Shown: in pieces, positions 39,403 to 48,720 of the stretch | Layout: the number at the start of each line of letters is the position of its first letter | Position numbering within the stretch: position 1 is the first letter of the stretch | Origin: Synechococcus sp. | GTDB lineage: Bacteria; Cyanobacteriota; Cyanobacteriia; PCC-6307; Cyanobiaceae | Assembly (NCBI GenBank): GCA_047285305.1 | Contig: JBJBDL010000003.1 | Coordinates: 1,632,001 to 1,696,000 of the forward strand | Reading direction: 5' to 3' | DNA: 64,000 nt | Made by a program: the position numbers and the translations under genes | Notes under the pieces: model-generated | Seen by the model: the letters and a program-made list of their open reading frames with translations, nothing else | What the model was told of the DNA's origin: nothing | The model's database searches: none

Positions 39403-39575
39403 TAGTCGGGCATGGACGCCTCAGCCCGCAGCCTGCACCAGGGTTCCAGCACGGTGGGGCGACCGCAATGGGGGCAATCCTGCCCCCGCCTCTCCACCTG
39501 CACGAAGGGGATCCAACGGGAGTTGGCCTGACCCTCATAGCCGCAGTGCTTGCAGTGAATTCGGTATTCAGCCAT
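39399..39575 (-). CDS. Zinc-ribbon microprotein (58 aa)
   Basis: Manual translation: MAEYRIHCKHCG...DCPHCGRPTVLEPW. Confidence 0.6.
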   Translation of the reverse strand: MAEYRIHCKHCGYEGQANSRWIPFVQVERRGQDCPHCGRPTVLEPWCRLRAEASMPDY

Positions 39576-39578
39576 GGC

Positions 39579-39740
39579 TCAGAGGGCGGGTTTTTCCTGA
39601 CGTTGCACGGCCTCGTGGGCCTGACGCAGGCCATGCACCATGAAGCAATAGGCCGGATTGCACACCAGGTACTTGCCGTCGCCGATGGCGTCGATGGTGG
39701 ACCCACGCGAAGTGGCAAAAATGCGGCTTTTGAACTCCAT
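39579..39740 (-). CDS. Small hypothetical protein, paralogue of 59208-59408
   Basis: AAGGA SD; ATSRGSTIDAIGDGKYLVC...CF. Confidence 0.6.
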   Translation of the reverse strand: MEFKSRIFATSRGSTIDAIGDGKYLVCNPAYCFMVHGLRQAHEAVQRQEKPAL

Positions 39741-39823
39741 CTCATTTCCTTCGCTGACCTCACTGTTGTGGGGATATGGACGAGCGGCAACCCGTGTAAA
39801 CGCGCATTGTGCGCAGGGCTGAC

Positions 39824-39976
39824 TCAGTCGAGGGGTTCGCAGTGATCGCCATCGCACTGCAGCCCGCATTGGGGCTGCTTGGCGCCGTACTGCCAGGGAC
39901 GACGCATGGCCCAGTACGCATCCACCAAGCCGAGCAGGTAGGTGCCGATGCGACGGAGCAGGGAAGCATGTTTCAT
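39824..39976 (-). CDS. Small hypothetical protein
   Basis: MKHASLLRRIGTYLLGLVDAYWA...CGLQCDGDHC. Confidence 0.5.
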   Translation of the reverse strand: MKHASLLRRIGTYLLGLVDAYWAMRRPWQYGAKQPQCGLQCDGDHCEPLD

Positions 39977-40096
39977 GCCTTCAAGCTGGCAAGAGCGCCA
40001 CAAGCCTGCAACCGAAAGCGACGAAATCAATTGGCCGCAATCAAGGTGGCGAAACACAGCCGAGGTGGGTTAGGCCCAAAGCAGTGCTGTCAGCCC

Positions 40097-40258
40097 ATGA
40101 CCACCACGCAACATTCGAACCAGCTGCTGGAAGAGCTGGTTGCTGAAGAGATCGGCTTTCAGATCGACCAGATCGCTGAGGACCTGCAGCGGGAAGGCTG
40201 GCCGATCGCCATGGTGAAACGGTTCATGCATGTGGCCGTGGAGCGCCTGCCGGAATGA
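40097..40258 (+). CDS. Small hypothetical protein
   Basis: MTTTQHSNQLLEELVAEEIGFQID... Confidence 0.5.
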   Translation: MTTTQHSNQLLEELVAEEIGFQIDQIAEDLQREGWPIAMVKRFMHVAVERLPE

Positions 40259-40368
40259 TGCGAAAGGCCAACTAGGTGCAACAACTCATCTGCACAGAGC
40301 TGTTGCGCTTTTAACAACAGTGATTGGAACCATTGGTTGAAAGTTAATTATTGCTTGCGCCATTCCCG

Positions 40369-40797
40369 ATGAATGTCGTCACTGCTTTTGCTGCCGTCGG
40401 CCTCACCGCGGTGTCATGGGACGACACCCTCAGCCGGGCTGGGGCAAGGGCATTCCGGCATGCACTTGACTACCGCGAGCCCTACTGCCGGATGAGTGAA
40501 AACGAGGTTGTGCTGCTGATGGACGCGGTGCTGGCCATGCGCCTGGAGCGAGGCACCAAGGCGCTGATGCTGGAAGCCGCCAAGGCGCTCACGTCAGATC
40601 AAGCGCTCACGGCCTACGCCATGGCCTCAGAACTGATGCGCTCTGATGGGCCCTATTCCGCCGAGGAGCGGCGACGGCTCGATCTGCTGGCCTTGATGCT
40701 CTCGATCTCACAGGTGGAGGCCGAACGCATCGATTCGGTTTTTGAGTTGCTGCACGCCCCCCTGGAGCCAGCCCTTCTGGTCAACGGCGCGCCTTAA
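40369..40797 (+). CDS. TerB-like protein
   Basis: Helical protein with AYAMASELMRSDG..EERRRL..L pattern. Confidence 0.65.
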   Translation: MNVVTAFAAVGLTAVSWDDTLSRAGARAFRHALDYREPYCRMSENEVVLLMDAVLAMRLERGTKALMLEAAKALTSDQALTAYAMASELMRSDGPYSAEERRRLDLLALMLSISQVEAERIDSVFELLHAPLEPALLVNGAP

Positions 40798-40943
40798 GCC
40801 GCACGTTTGTCATCTCCGAACCAGATCCCCCGACGGCTGTCGGGCAGCTTGACCACTGCGCGTTCGTAGCGCTGGCGGCAGCTGCGGGCACGGAGGTGCT
40901 CTTCTGCCTCCTGAAGCAGCTGTTGCAGCCTGACTTCGTCCAT
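40794..40943 (-). CDS. Small hypothetical protein (49 aa)
   Basis: AAGG SD; MDEVRLQQLLQEAEEHLRARSCRQRYERAVVKLP... Confidence 0.5.
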   Translation of the reverse strand: MDEVRLQQLLQEAEEHLRARSCRQRYERAVVKLPDSRRGIWFGDDKRAA

Positions 40944-40989
40944 GGCGTTACCTTGATTCCTACTCATTCAGGCCACGATCCGAGCGGCG

Positions 40990-41172
40990 TCAATAGGCCA
41001 CGTTCAACTCGTCAGATCCGTAGCGAAGCAGGAAATCCGCTTCGGATTGATCAGAGAGCAGCAGACAGGTGTGGTCGTTGGCGCAGGTTCGGTAGCAGTA
41101 GACGTCGAGTTCTTCGGGGTTGCGGTTGGAGTGAATGACCTCCCCCGTCCGAAGCACGTATCGCGTTGCCAT
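40990..41172 (-). CDS. Small hypothetical protein
   Basis: AAGGTG SD; MATRYVLRTGEVIHS... Confidence 0.55.
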   Translation of the reverse strand: MATRYVLRTGEVIHSNRNPEELDVYCYRTCANDHTCLLLSDQSEADFLLRYGSDELNVAY

Positions 41173-41280
41173 CACCTTGCACCCACGCACTCCTTCGAGA
41201 TAGCGCTGATCCAGTCCCAGCGATCAGCTCTGTGTTGAGCTGCGCACCGGACGTGATTCGGAATTGAGGTCAACTCGGGC

Positions 41281-41448
41281 TCATTCGTTGTCGACGCGGA
41301 TGAAAAAGCGACTCTCCACGTCCATCTCGCCCTGATCGTCAGTCTCCGGATCGCCCTCCACCAGCTCCACGGCGAAATCCTTGTCATCCAGTTCATGCAC
41401 AACGCTCTGACCATGCACCAAGTTGTGAACGAGCAGGAGTCGTTTCAT
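41281..41448 (-). CDS. Small acidic hypothetical protein
   Basis: MKRLLLVHNLVHGQSVVHEL... Confidence 0.55.
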   Translation of the reverse strand: MKRLLLVHNLVHGQSVVHELDDKDFAVELVEGDPETDDQGEMDVESRFFIRVDNE

Positions 41449-41496
41449 GGGTGGAGGCAGACGCCGTTCCAACGGTTGATAGCAACAGCTTGGTAT

Positions 41497-41688
41497 TCAG
41501 CGGAAGCCGAAGCCATCTCGGCTCGGCTGCTTGGCGGAATACTCCCGCGAGAGCGCATCAAGCATCAGGGCTATGTAGCGGTCATCCATGCCGATGTCCT
41601 GCTTCAACTGACGCATCAAGCTGTTGATGCTTTTAAACGCGTCTGGAATCTGATGGTCCAGATGCTCCTTGGTGGGTTGATAGGGCAT
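41497..41688 (-). CDS. Small hypothetical protein
   Basis: MPYQPTKEHLDHQIPDAF...GFGFR. Confidence 0.55.
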   Translation of the reverse strand: MPYQPTKEHLDHQIPDAFKSINSLMRQLKQDIGMDDRYIALMLDALSREYSAKQPSRDGFGFR

Positions 41689-41695
41689 CGGAGCC

Positions 41696-41733
41696 AAAAA
41701 AATTCCCCGTGGAACCTAAGGGAACCACGGGGA
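41696..41733 (-). terminator. Intrinsic terminator of the AbrB-like gene
   Basis: TCCCCGTGG/CCACGGGGA stem followed by a T-run on the minus strand. Confidence 0.7.
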
Positions 41734-41759
41734 CAATGGTGTTGCTGCTGAACCGGAGA

Positions 41760-42125
41760 TCAATCCTCTTCTTCGGAACCGCCAACGGGAATCAAGCGGA
41801 TCTGTTTGCGTCCAAGCTTGATCTCATATTCATCGCCAGGCTGCAGTTCGAGCAGAGCGGTGTAGGCCTTGCCGATCAACAGATTGCCGTTGCCCTGAAC
41901 CACAGCTTTGTAGGACAGTTTGCGGCCACCTTTACCAACACCGGATGCACCGGTGGAGAACGAAAGGCCTTTGGCTTCCAGGAGAGCTTCGTAGAACGCG
42001 GTGAATTTCACCTGCTCAGAGCCGTCTTTCTTTTTGACGACGTAACCACAACCTCTGGCCAGATCTGTTTTGGCGCAATCGCCAAGCTCCTTGACGCGGT
42101 TGAGCAATTCAGCTCCGGTAAGCAT
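41760..42125 (-). CDS. AbrB-like transcriptional regulator (cyanobacterial)
   Basis: MLTGAELL..CGYV..FTAFYEALLEAKG..GRKLSY..VQGNGNLLIGKAYT. Confidence 0.85.
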   Translation of the reverse strand: MLTGAELLNRVKELGDCAKTDLARGCGYVVKKKDGSEQVKFTAFYEALLEAKGLSFSTGASGVGKGGRKLSYKAVVQGNGNLLIGKAYTALLELQPGDEYEIKLGRKQIRLIPVGGSEEED

Positions 42126-42291
42126 GGGTCTGTTAGGTCATGTCTTCTCTATTAGAACAAATATTGTGCAGCTCACAAGGGGAAAAAAGAATTGAATTCA
42201 GTTGATTTGCTGTGAAAACAAAAAATCAGCATGTGTTGGTGGTTAAACACAGACCTCAGCATCAAAGCGTTGGGCTCGACAATGGGTTGAA

Positions 42292-42573
42292 ATGGCCAAC
42301 TCAAAGCACCAAACCCAATCCCAACCCCAACCTCAACTTGACCAGGGGGAACAGGGATGGTTGGTGAACACAACCCATCAGCGGGTGGTGCATTTCAAAC
42401 CGGAACTGAATTCAGAAACCATGGCCTGGATCTCGATCAGGACGTATCAATACGACCCGCCCCGACCACCGGAACCCCTCAGCCATCGCCGCGTTCCGCA
42501 TCGGAACGCGATCGACACCTGGAGTGTGATGTTGAAGCGGGGCTGGAGGCCCTGCCGCGCTCCGGCCCGCTAA
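42292..42573 (+). CDS. DUF1651 family protein
   Basis: QGWLVN..VVHFKP..RTY..PP.P..RR..NAIDTW..MLKRGWR. Confidence 0.75.
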   Translation: MANSKHQTQSQPQPQLDQGEQGWLVNTTHQRVVHFKPELNSETMAWISIRTYQYDPPRPPEPLSHRRVPHRNAIDTWSVMLKRGWRPCRAPAR

Positions 42574-42697
42574 TCACTTTCGTTGTTGTTGCTACTGGTT
42601 CGGCAATCAATGGCATCAATTGAGCAGCAATGCCTGTCTTCAGGCTGTCAAAGCCAGATCACGATCGATAGGTTTCCGCTCAGGAACAGATCCAGTT

Positions 42698-43153
42698 GTG
42701 AGCGTCAGTTCGGTTCAGCCCGCCCAAGCCAGCAGTTCCACGAGCGTGCATGGCGCGTGGCAATTGTTGAGCTACGACGTTGAGGAACAAGCCAACGGCA
42801 ACACCTTTGCACCGATGGGGGACAACCCCAGCGGCTATGTGATCTTCACGGCGGAGGGGCGTCTCTCCTTCATGCTCTCGGCAGAGGGTCGCCAACCGGG
42901 AAGCAATGCCGAGGAGCGATCGGTCCTGCTGAGCAGCATGATCGCGTACACCGGCATCTACCGGCTCGAGGGTGACCGCTGGATCACCCAGGTTGATGTG
43001 GCCTGGAACCCGGAATGGGTAGGCACGGAACAGACCCGCTTTTTCGCAATCGACGGCGACGTGCTTATGGTGCGGACCCCCTGGCGGGTGATGCCCAACT
43101 GGCCTAAGAAAGGCCTCACCCGCAGCATTGTTCGTTTTCAGCGCTGCCACTGA
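42698..43153 (+). CDS. Lipocalin-like domain protein
   Basis: GAWQLLSY, P.GYVIFT.EG, AYTG.Y, P.WVGTEQTR; start uncertain. Confidence 0.75.
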   Translation: MSVSSVQPAQASSSTSVHGAWQLLSYDVEEQANGNTFAPMGDNPSGYVIFTAEGRLSFMLSAEGRQPGSNAEERSVLLSSMIAYTGIYRLEGDRWITQVDVAWNPEWVGTEQTRFFAIDGDVLMVRTPWRVMPNWPKKGLTRSIVRFQRCH

Positions 43154-43171
43154 ACCGGTTGAGGTGAGGGC

Positions 43172-43450
43172 TCAGGCGTCGGTCTCGCCCTTCTGGCCAC
43201 CGCAGGCGTGGCGGGGTTGGTAACCCTGCTGCTCAGCCAGGTAGCGGAGATAAACGATCTGATGACGGTCCGGCATGCCCACGGCAGCGATCAGACCCAA
43301 CGGACCGAACAGAAACCCCGCAACAGCCCAGCGGTTGCTGTTGCGCGCCTTCTGGGCGGCAACGGTTTTCGAAAGGCCAGCGCTGATCAGATGAGCGATC
43401 AGCACAAACACCAGAGACTTCAGTTCCACAGAGAAGGCGCAGCACACCAT
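43172..43450 (-). CDS. Small membrane protein
   Basis: W...GFLFGPLGLIAAVGMPD. Confidence 0.6.
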   Translation of the reverse strand: MVCCAFSVELKSLVFVLIAHLISAGLSKTVAAQKARNSNRWAVAGFLFGPLGLIAAVGMPDRHQIVYLRYLAEQQGYQPRHACGGQKGETDA

Positions 43451-43511
43451 TTGGGATAGCCAGCGCCTGCAGCACTGTCAGCCTTAGAACGTCTGCTCAC
43501 ACCGAGCTGTC

Positions 43512-44750
43512 ATGGCCATCAGCCCCCTCCCCAGCACGGGCGCCGTGAGCGGACTGGGGGAAACCCTGGCCTTCTTCACCCAGGCGGATTTCGCCCAGAG
43601 GCGCTTTGAGGCCCACGGTGATGTGTTCGAAACCAAGCTGCTGGCCCAGCGGATGGTGTTCATCCGCGGCGAACGGGCCATCGGCGACCTGCTGAGCCAG
43701 GGGGATGCCTTGGAGGGCTGGTGGCCCGAAAGCGTGCGGAAACTGCTGGGCAGCCGATCGCTGGCCAACCGCAGTGGGCCGGGACACAAAGCCCGCCGCC
43801 GTGTGGTGGGGCAGCTGTTCTCCAGCGCAGCACTGGCGCTCTACACCCCGTCGATCGAGCAGTTGGTGGCAGAGCTCTGCCAGGAGCTGATAACCACAAA
43901 CACACCACTGCCGCTGGCGGCACGGATGCGGCGCTTTGCCTTTGCGGTGATCGCCACCACAGTGCTGGGCCTGGATGGCACCAGCCGTGATGCCCTGTTC
44001 GCCGACTTCGAGATCTGGACTCGAGGCCTGTTCTTGATTCCTCTGGCAATTCCCGGCACCCCCTTCGCCAGGGCGATGGCGGCACGCCAAAGGCTGCTGA
44101 ACCAGATCAAGGGGGTACTCCAGGCGGGCACCAACCAAGGCGGGCTTGATCTGCTGAGCGGCGGCTTGGATGAAGCCGGCATTCCCCTGGACGATGACGA
44201 CCTGGCCGAACAGCTGCTGCTGTTGCTGTTTGCCGGCTACGAGACAACGGCCTCATCGCTGAGCTGCCTGTTCCGGGCGCTGCTGCTCAACCCGGAGGTG
44301 GAGCGCTGGTTACGCGATGGGTTGGTAAGCGAGGCGGCATCAGCACGGTTGGACGCAACGGTGTTGGAGGTGATGAGGCTGACGCCGCCTGTGGGAGGGT
44401 TTTTCCGGCGCAGCCTGGCACCGATCGAGCTGGCGGGAGTGTCCGTTCCCGAAGGCAGTGTGATCCAGGTGGTACTGGGCCCAACGTCGGCCAGCGATGA
44501 CGAGGATCTGGCAGCATTCCGGCCGCAACGCCACCTCGATGGCTCCTTCAAGCAGACGCTGCTGCCCTTCGGCGGCGGCGAAAGGGTCTGCCTGGGCAAG
44601 GCCCTGGCGGAGCTGGAAATCCGCCTGATGGCGATGGGACTGGTGCAGGCTGTGGAGCTGCAGCTGCAACCGGATCAAAACCTGGCGCTGCAGCTGATGC
44701 CCAGCCCCACACCCAAAGACGGGCTGCTGGTTCAGGCCACCGCACGGTGA
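43512..44750 (+). CDS. Cytochrome P450
   Basis: FAGYETT (I-helix), EVMR (ExxR), FRPQRH, FGGGERVCLG haem ligand. Confidence 0.93.
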   Translation: MAISPLPSTGAVSGLGETLAFFTQADFAQRRFEAHGDVFETKLLAQRMVFIRGERAIGDLLSQGDALEGWWPESVRKLLGSRSLANRSGPGHKARRRVVGQLFSSAALALYTPSIEQLVAELCQELITTNTPLPLAARMRRFAFAVIATTVLGLDGTSRDALFADFEIWTRGLFLIPLAIPGTPFARAMAARQRLLNQIKGVLQAGTNQGGLDLLSGGLDEAGIPLDDDDLAEQLLLLLFAGYETTASSLSCLFRALLLNPEVERWLRDGLVSEAASARLDATVLEVMRLTPPVGGFFRRSLAPIELAGVSVPEGSVIQVVLGPTSASDDEDLAAFRPQRHLDGSFKQTLLPFGGGERVCLGKALAELEIRLMAMGLVQAVELQLQPDQNLALQLMPSPTPKDGLLVQATAR

Positions 44751-44998
44751 TTGAGACGGTGACGGCGACGCCCGAGGGGTTCGATCCAGTCAACCAGCAC
44801 TTCCTGGTGGCGCAGCATCGGCTCCGGCAGGCGGCAGCCGAGGTTGATCTGGCCTTGGTCCATCAAGCGTCCCAGGCGGATGGCGGCGGCCTCCTCGGGC
44901 CTATCAAAGCTTGTCTGATGGGAGGCCAGCCAGTTCACCTCGTGCTCGGTGATCACCCCGGTGGAGAGGCTCTCCAGAAAAATTTCTCCGACGGTCAT
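44732..44998 (-). CDS. Hypothetical protein
   Basis: MTVGEIFLESLSTGVIT..EEAAAIRLGRLMD.G.I. Confidence 0.65.
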   Translation of the reverse strand: MTVGEIFLESLSTGVITEHEVNWLASHQTSFDRPEEAAAIRLGRLMDQGQINLGCRLPEPMLRHQEVLVDWIEPLGRRRHRLNHRAVA

Positions 44999-45063
44999 GA
45001 GAAACGTGTAACGAATTCGTTACATCCTGGCGCGCAGGGTCAGTGGCCGTGGATCGATGCCTC

Positions 45064-45288
45064 TCAAGAGAGCCACTGATCGGCTTCCATCACCTTTTTG
45101 ATCAACAGGCCGAGGCGCTTGAACTCCGCGAAGTTCACATCCTTCACCGCCTGATCCAGGCCTCAATCCACCCATGCACCATCACGCTTCTCCTCAATCG
45201 TGTAGTCAAGCTCGAGGGCGTCGTGGCGAATCCGATAAGTAATGCCGTCGTCGTGGAGGTAATCAGCAGAAACCAGCTGCAAACCCAT
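45064..45288 (-). pseudogene. Small hypothetical protein with in-frame TGA
   Basis: MGLQLVSADY...GAWVD*GLDQAVKDVNFAEFKRLGLLIKKVMEADQWLS; stop at 45163-45165. Confidence 0.55.
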
Positions 45289-45300
45289 TAATCGTTTGCG

Positions 45301-45909
45301 TCAATCCAGCGATGGTGGCGTGAAGGTGTCGGCCACCGCAACAATCCAACGGGCTGCCGCCGCCGCCACCTGTTCCTTGGTGACGTTGAACTCCAGATCA
45401 TGCCCTTGCTCGAGCAGGTCGGGAATGATCGTCTGCCATGCCATCCCGGCGGCGCTGGCATTGAGATCGCCGATCAGCACGAAGGCCTTGGCCGCTCCGG
45501 TGACGGCATCGGTGTACTCGGGATTGGCACTCACCTTGCTGCGGTACCAATCGCCCACCAGATCCCTCTGGGCCTTGCTCAGAAACGGCGGAGCGCCAAC
45601 GAGGTAGGCATCAAGCACAAGCATTGGACTGGGCACGCTCTTGCCCGGGTGTTTGAGCTCAAACCAGGCCTGGCCGATGGAGGCGGCATCGGGCCAGTGG
45701 CAGAGGATCGCTGCGTCCTGGCTGTCTAGAGAGCGCTGAGTGGCCAGCTGATCAATGCGTTCCATCAGGGCGGACCCGGCGAGGGCCGGCTCACTACGGG
45801 CGTTCTCGGCGCGAGCTTCGTTGATCGCCTCGGCCACGGCCGCCTCGTTCTCGTTGAGCTGCTCGAGGGCCCGCTTGAGGTTGGCGTCGGCGTCGGTGGG
45901 GCTGGCCAA
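45301..45909 (-). CDS. Hypothetical protein
   Basis: 202-aa ORF with GC-rich codon usage, TTG start. Confidence 0.65.
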   Translation of the reverse strand: MASPTDADANLKRALEQLNENEAAVAEAINEARAENARSEPALAGSALMERIDQLATQRSLDSQDAAILCHWPDAASIGQAWFELKHPGKSVPSPMLVLDAYLVGAPPFLSKAQRDLVGDWYRSKVSANPEYTDAVTGAAKAFVLIGDLNASAAGMAWQTIIPDLLEQGHDLEFNVTKEQVAAAAARWIVAVADTFTPPSLD

Positions 45910-46316
45910 AAAGCAACGAGCGGGCGTAACCCCAAGATGTCATTGCAGTCGCCAAGACGCAGCCAAGGCAACGAGCACGCTATTGATAATTTTCAACCTG
46001 AAGGTTGTAAGCCGATACCAGCAGATTTTTATCCAGACAGATCTCGGCTGGAAATTTTGGTGACGCTGATTTGATCAGCCGCAAGTGAACATCAATCGGC
46101 TTATATCCCCCTCTCAGACAGCTCTCAAAGAATTTGGAGACAGCAACTTCGAGGACTTCAGCACCAAAGAGAGGCGTAACTTGACCGCTTTCGTGCACCA
46201 AAAGCCCGAAGTAATGCATCGACTAAATCAAAGAGTCGAAACTTTACAAAAGCAAGAGTCATTTGCAATAAGCATAAATACTCACGCAAATGCGCTACCA
46301 AAAAGTGGGCTCTCAT

Positions 46317-46344
46317 AAAAAAGCAGGAGGAATGTCCCTCCTGC
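46317..46344 (-). terminator. Intrinsic terminator of the linker gene
   Basis: GCAGGAGG/CCTCCTGC stem plus T6 on the minus strand. Confidence 0.75.
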
Positions 46345-46381
46345 CCTTATTACTCAACTCATCGCTGCAGGCAGCAATGAA

Positions 46382-47254
46382 TCAGAAGCGGCCGTAGTTA
46401 AACTTGCCGCCATACATGCGGCGGTAAGCCGCGTTGCGGGGGTTGCTTACGGCGTTCGTGTAGGAGAAACCACCACGATCGCTGTCGTCTGAATAAACAG
46501 CAGCAGCAGCGAAGGAACCGAGATCCATGGTGAAACGCTTCACCAGGGAAGGGCCGGTGTACATGGCGTTTTCAGAGCTGGCATTGGCCGGAGTGATTTC
46601 GGCCATACCAACAAAGGTGGAGCAGGAAGCACGTGCTTCCGACTTGAAACCACGCAGATAGGGAACCGTGTCGGTTCCGAAGGTTTCCAAGTACTCCTCC
46701 GAACGAACGAGGCTGTCAACGAAAGCGTCGAAACCCTCTTCAGCGATCAGCTGAATGCCAGCACTCACTTCCTTCTGATTGATCGGAGGGCGACCCAGCA
46801 GGTGCTTGGTGGTGAGCTCGATGCCGCGCATGGGAGACACGACGTGGAAAAACTTCTGCTTGTACAGCTCAGATTTCACCAGGCCTGCCATGAAGCCCTG
46901 AACATTTATGCGGCCGTCACAGAGGAAAGCCTCCAATGAGACGAGACGCTGGTTGTCGGAGATACCGATGTTTCCAAACACCTGCTTATAGCCAGCGGTG
47001 ATGGCAGCTTCCAGAGCCTGGCTGCCTGTTGAGGCATAGGAGTGGTTGATCGCCGAGAAGGGGCACTCCTCATGGATCCGGGGGCCCATACCAATGCCCA
47101 TAGCGGCGCACTGGTTTTGCTTGTACTCAGCAGGTGTAGATGCAGCTTTGCCCTTGTTGGAGCTGGCACTTTTGGCTGCATCCACGGAGTTCGCAAATGC
47201 GAATGACACCCGCTGTTCGTGGGTGAAATCCCGCTTGTACTTCAGGGCTGGCAT
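46382..47254 (-). CDS. Phycoerythrin-II-associated phycobilisome linker (MpeE/F/G-like)
   Basis: Linker domain YKQVFGN..GLVKSELYK..KHLLGRPP..SEEYLETFG.DTVPY.R; N-terminal QCAAMGIG..ECPF Cys motifs of PEII linkers. Exact paralogue not resolved. Confidence 0.85.
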   Translation of the reverse strand: MPALKYKRDFTHEQRVSFAFANSVDAAKSASSNKGKAASTPAEYKQNQCAAMGIGMGPRIHEECPFSAINHSYASTGSQALEAAITAGYKQVFGNIGISDNQRLVSLEAFLCDGRINVQGFMAGLVKSELYKQKFFHVVSPMRGIELTTKHLLGRPPINQKEVSAGIQLIAEEGFDAFVDSLVRSEEYLETFGTDTVPYLRGFKSEARASCSTFVGMAEITPANASSENAMYTGPSLVKRFTMDLGSFAAAAVYSDDSDRGGFSYTNAVSNPRNAAYRRMYGGKFNYGRF

Positions 47255-47453
47255 CCGAGAAAACAGTGAAATCAGACTAAAGATATGGCGATCGCTTCAT
47301 CTATGGAGATGAACTTAGTAATAGTTAAAAGCTGCGTTGCAGCAGCAATAGGCATTGATTGCTTAAGGCCAAAACGAAAGCCTGATCTCGGCCAGAAAGC
47401 AGGCTCACCCGAGGGTGTTGGCCACAACCCTCGGGAAGGGTTGGTCTTGAATC

Positions 47454-47636
47454 TCAGCCGCCATTGCAGGAGCGAACGGCTTCAGCTGGAGAGCGGCCCT
47501 CAGCCACAACAGTTTCAACGCAGCGGTTGAACAGGCGGCTCACCTGCTTTACGGCGCACAAGCAAAAGGCGATGGCTGCCAACGACACGGCAGACACCAC
47601 GGTGGCGGAGATCTGAACCAGGCCATAGGCGAGCAT
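47454..47636 (-). CDS. Small membrane protein
   Basis: VQISATVVSAVSLAAIA..FNRCV..AVRSCNGG. Confidence 0.55.
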   Translation of the reverse strand: MLAYGLVQISATVVSAVSLAAIAFCLCAVKQVSRLFNRCVETVVAEGRSPAEAVRSCNGG

Positions 47637-47802
47637 CGCCCTCTTCTTGCCGCCGCAAGACTGTTGGTTGCTGGTTTCCTCGGACAACACAAAAAAGTAA
47701 TGGCGAACCCCTATGGATCAAGCGTTGGCAACCGAAGCGAGTTCACGACCGTGATCACCGAACAGGATTACTCCGCAGGAATCAGCCGAGGGGATCGACT
47801 AG

Positions 47803-48480
47803 TCAGTAGAGCAACGCCACGGCCAATTGGGTGAGATCCACGGCACCCCACTTGTCTTTGGCGTAACCACGTGGGTCTTCACCGTTTCCACTGAGATGTC
47901 GAGGCTGTTGCCGATGCCCTGGTTGGTGAGGCCGCGGGCCACCCCCGCCACCACCTCAAGTTCCCGCCCAGTGAGCTCTTCAATCAACGGCGGCAGGTTC
48001 GGGTTCTGCGTCTGGGCCGCACCGAGCTGGCGAATCTCCTCAGGGAGATACACGCCACCTTCAGAAAGGGTTTGGAGAGCTTGAACGAAATCACCCTTGC
48101 CGGTGCCGAGGCTTGATTTGAAGAGCACCGTATCGGCGTAGGACTGCATCGCCTCCTGCACCACGGCCTGGGTTTCGCGCACCAGCACGATCAACAGCTG
48201 ACAGGTGGGCAGCTCAGCCTTCAGCCGACGCAGCAGGTTCATGCCGCAACCAGTCTCCAGATCCGAGTTGCAGATCAGCAGGCTCGGCTTGTGGCGCAGC
48301 ACCATCTCAAAGCCTTCCTATTCGGTGGTGGCGGCACCAACCACGGCACAACGGATCGGCGCCAAGCAAAGGCAAGTGAGGGTGAGGCGATCTCCGCAAC
48401 AAGCCACCACCCGCTGGATCTTGAAAAACTGCGCCGTCGCTTCGATGGATTCATGCAACGCGCACGACTCGAGCCACAGC
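47803..48480 (-). pseudogene. LuxR/NarL-family response regulator, disrupted
   Basis: Receiver-like part with in-frame TAG at 48318-48320; HTH LTGRELEVV..GLTNQGI..ISVETVKTHV; frameshift near 47862 (shifted frame AKDKWGAVDLTQLAVALLY); 5' end approximate. Confidence 0.8.
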
Positions 48481-48510
48481 TTTATCCCAGGCAATTCGGA
48501 TGCCCTTCTT

Positions 48511-48696
48511 CTAACGGCGTTTAGATGGCTCAGCTGCAAAGCCATCACGCCCCCCATCCCGACGAACAACGCCACGGATGCAGTGGGGATAGCGCTTACG
48601 CCACAGGCGCCAGGCCTGGGCGGCATCGACCACCTGCACCGTTTCAGTCTGCAGCTCGCCCTTGCGCTGAAGAATAAGGCAATACAAAGGGGACAT
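48511..48696 (-). CDS. Small hypothetical protein, paralogue of the 34083 ORF N-terminus
   Basis: MSPLYCLILQRKGELQTETVQVVDAAQAWR..IRGVVRRD. Confidence 0.6.
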   Translation of the reverse strand: MSPLYCLILQRKGELQTETVQVVDAAQAWRLWRKRYPHCIRGVVRRDGGRDGFAAEPSKRR

Positions 48697-48720
48697 CACA
48701 ACCGGCGGCGCGCTCTTTTA

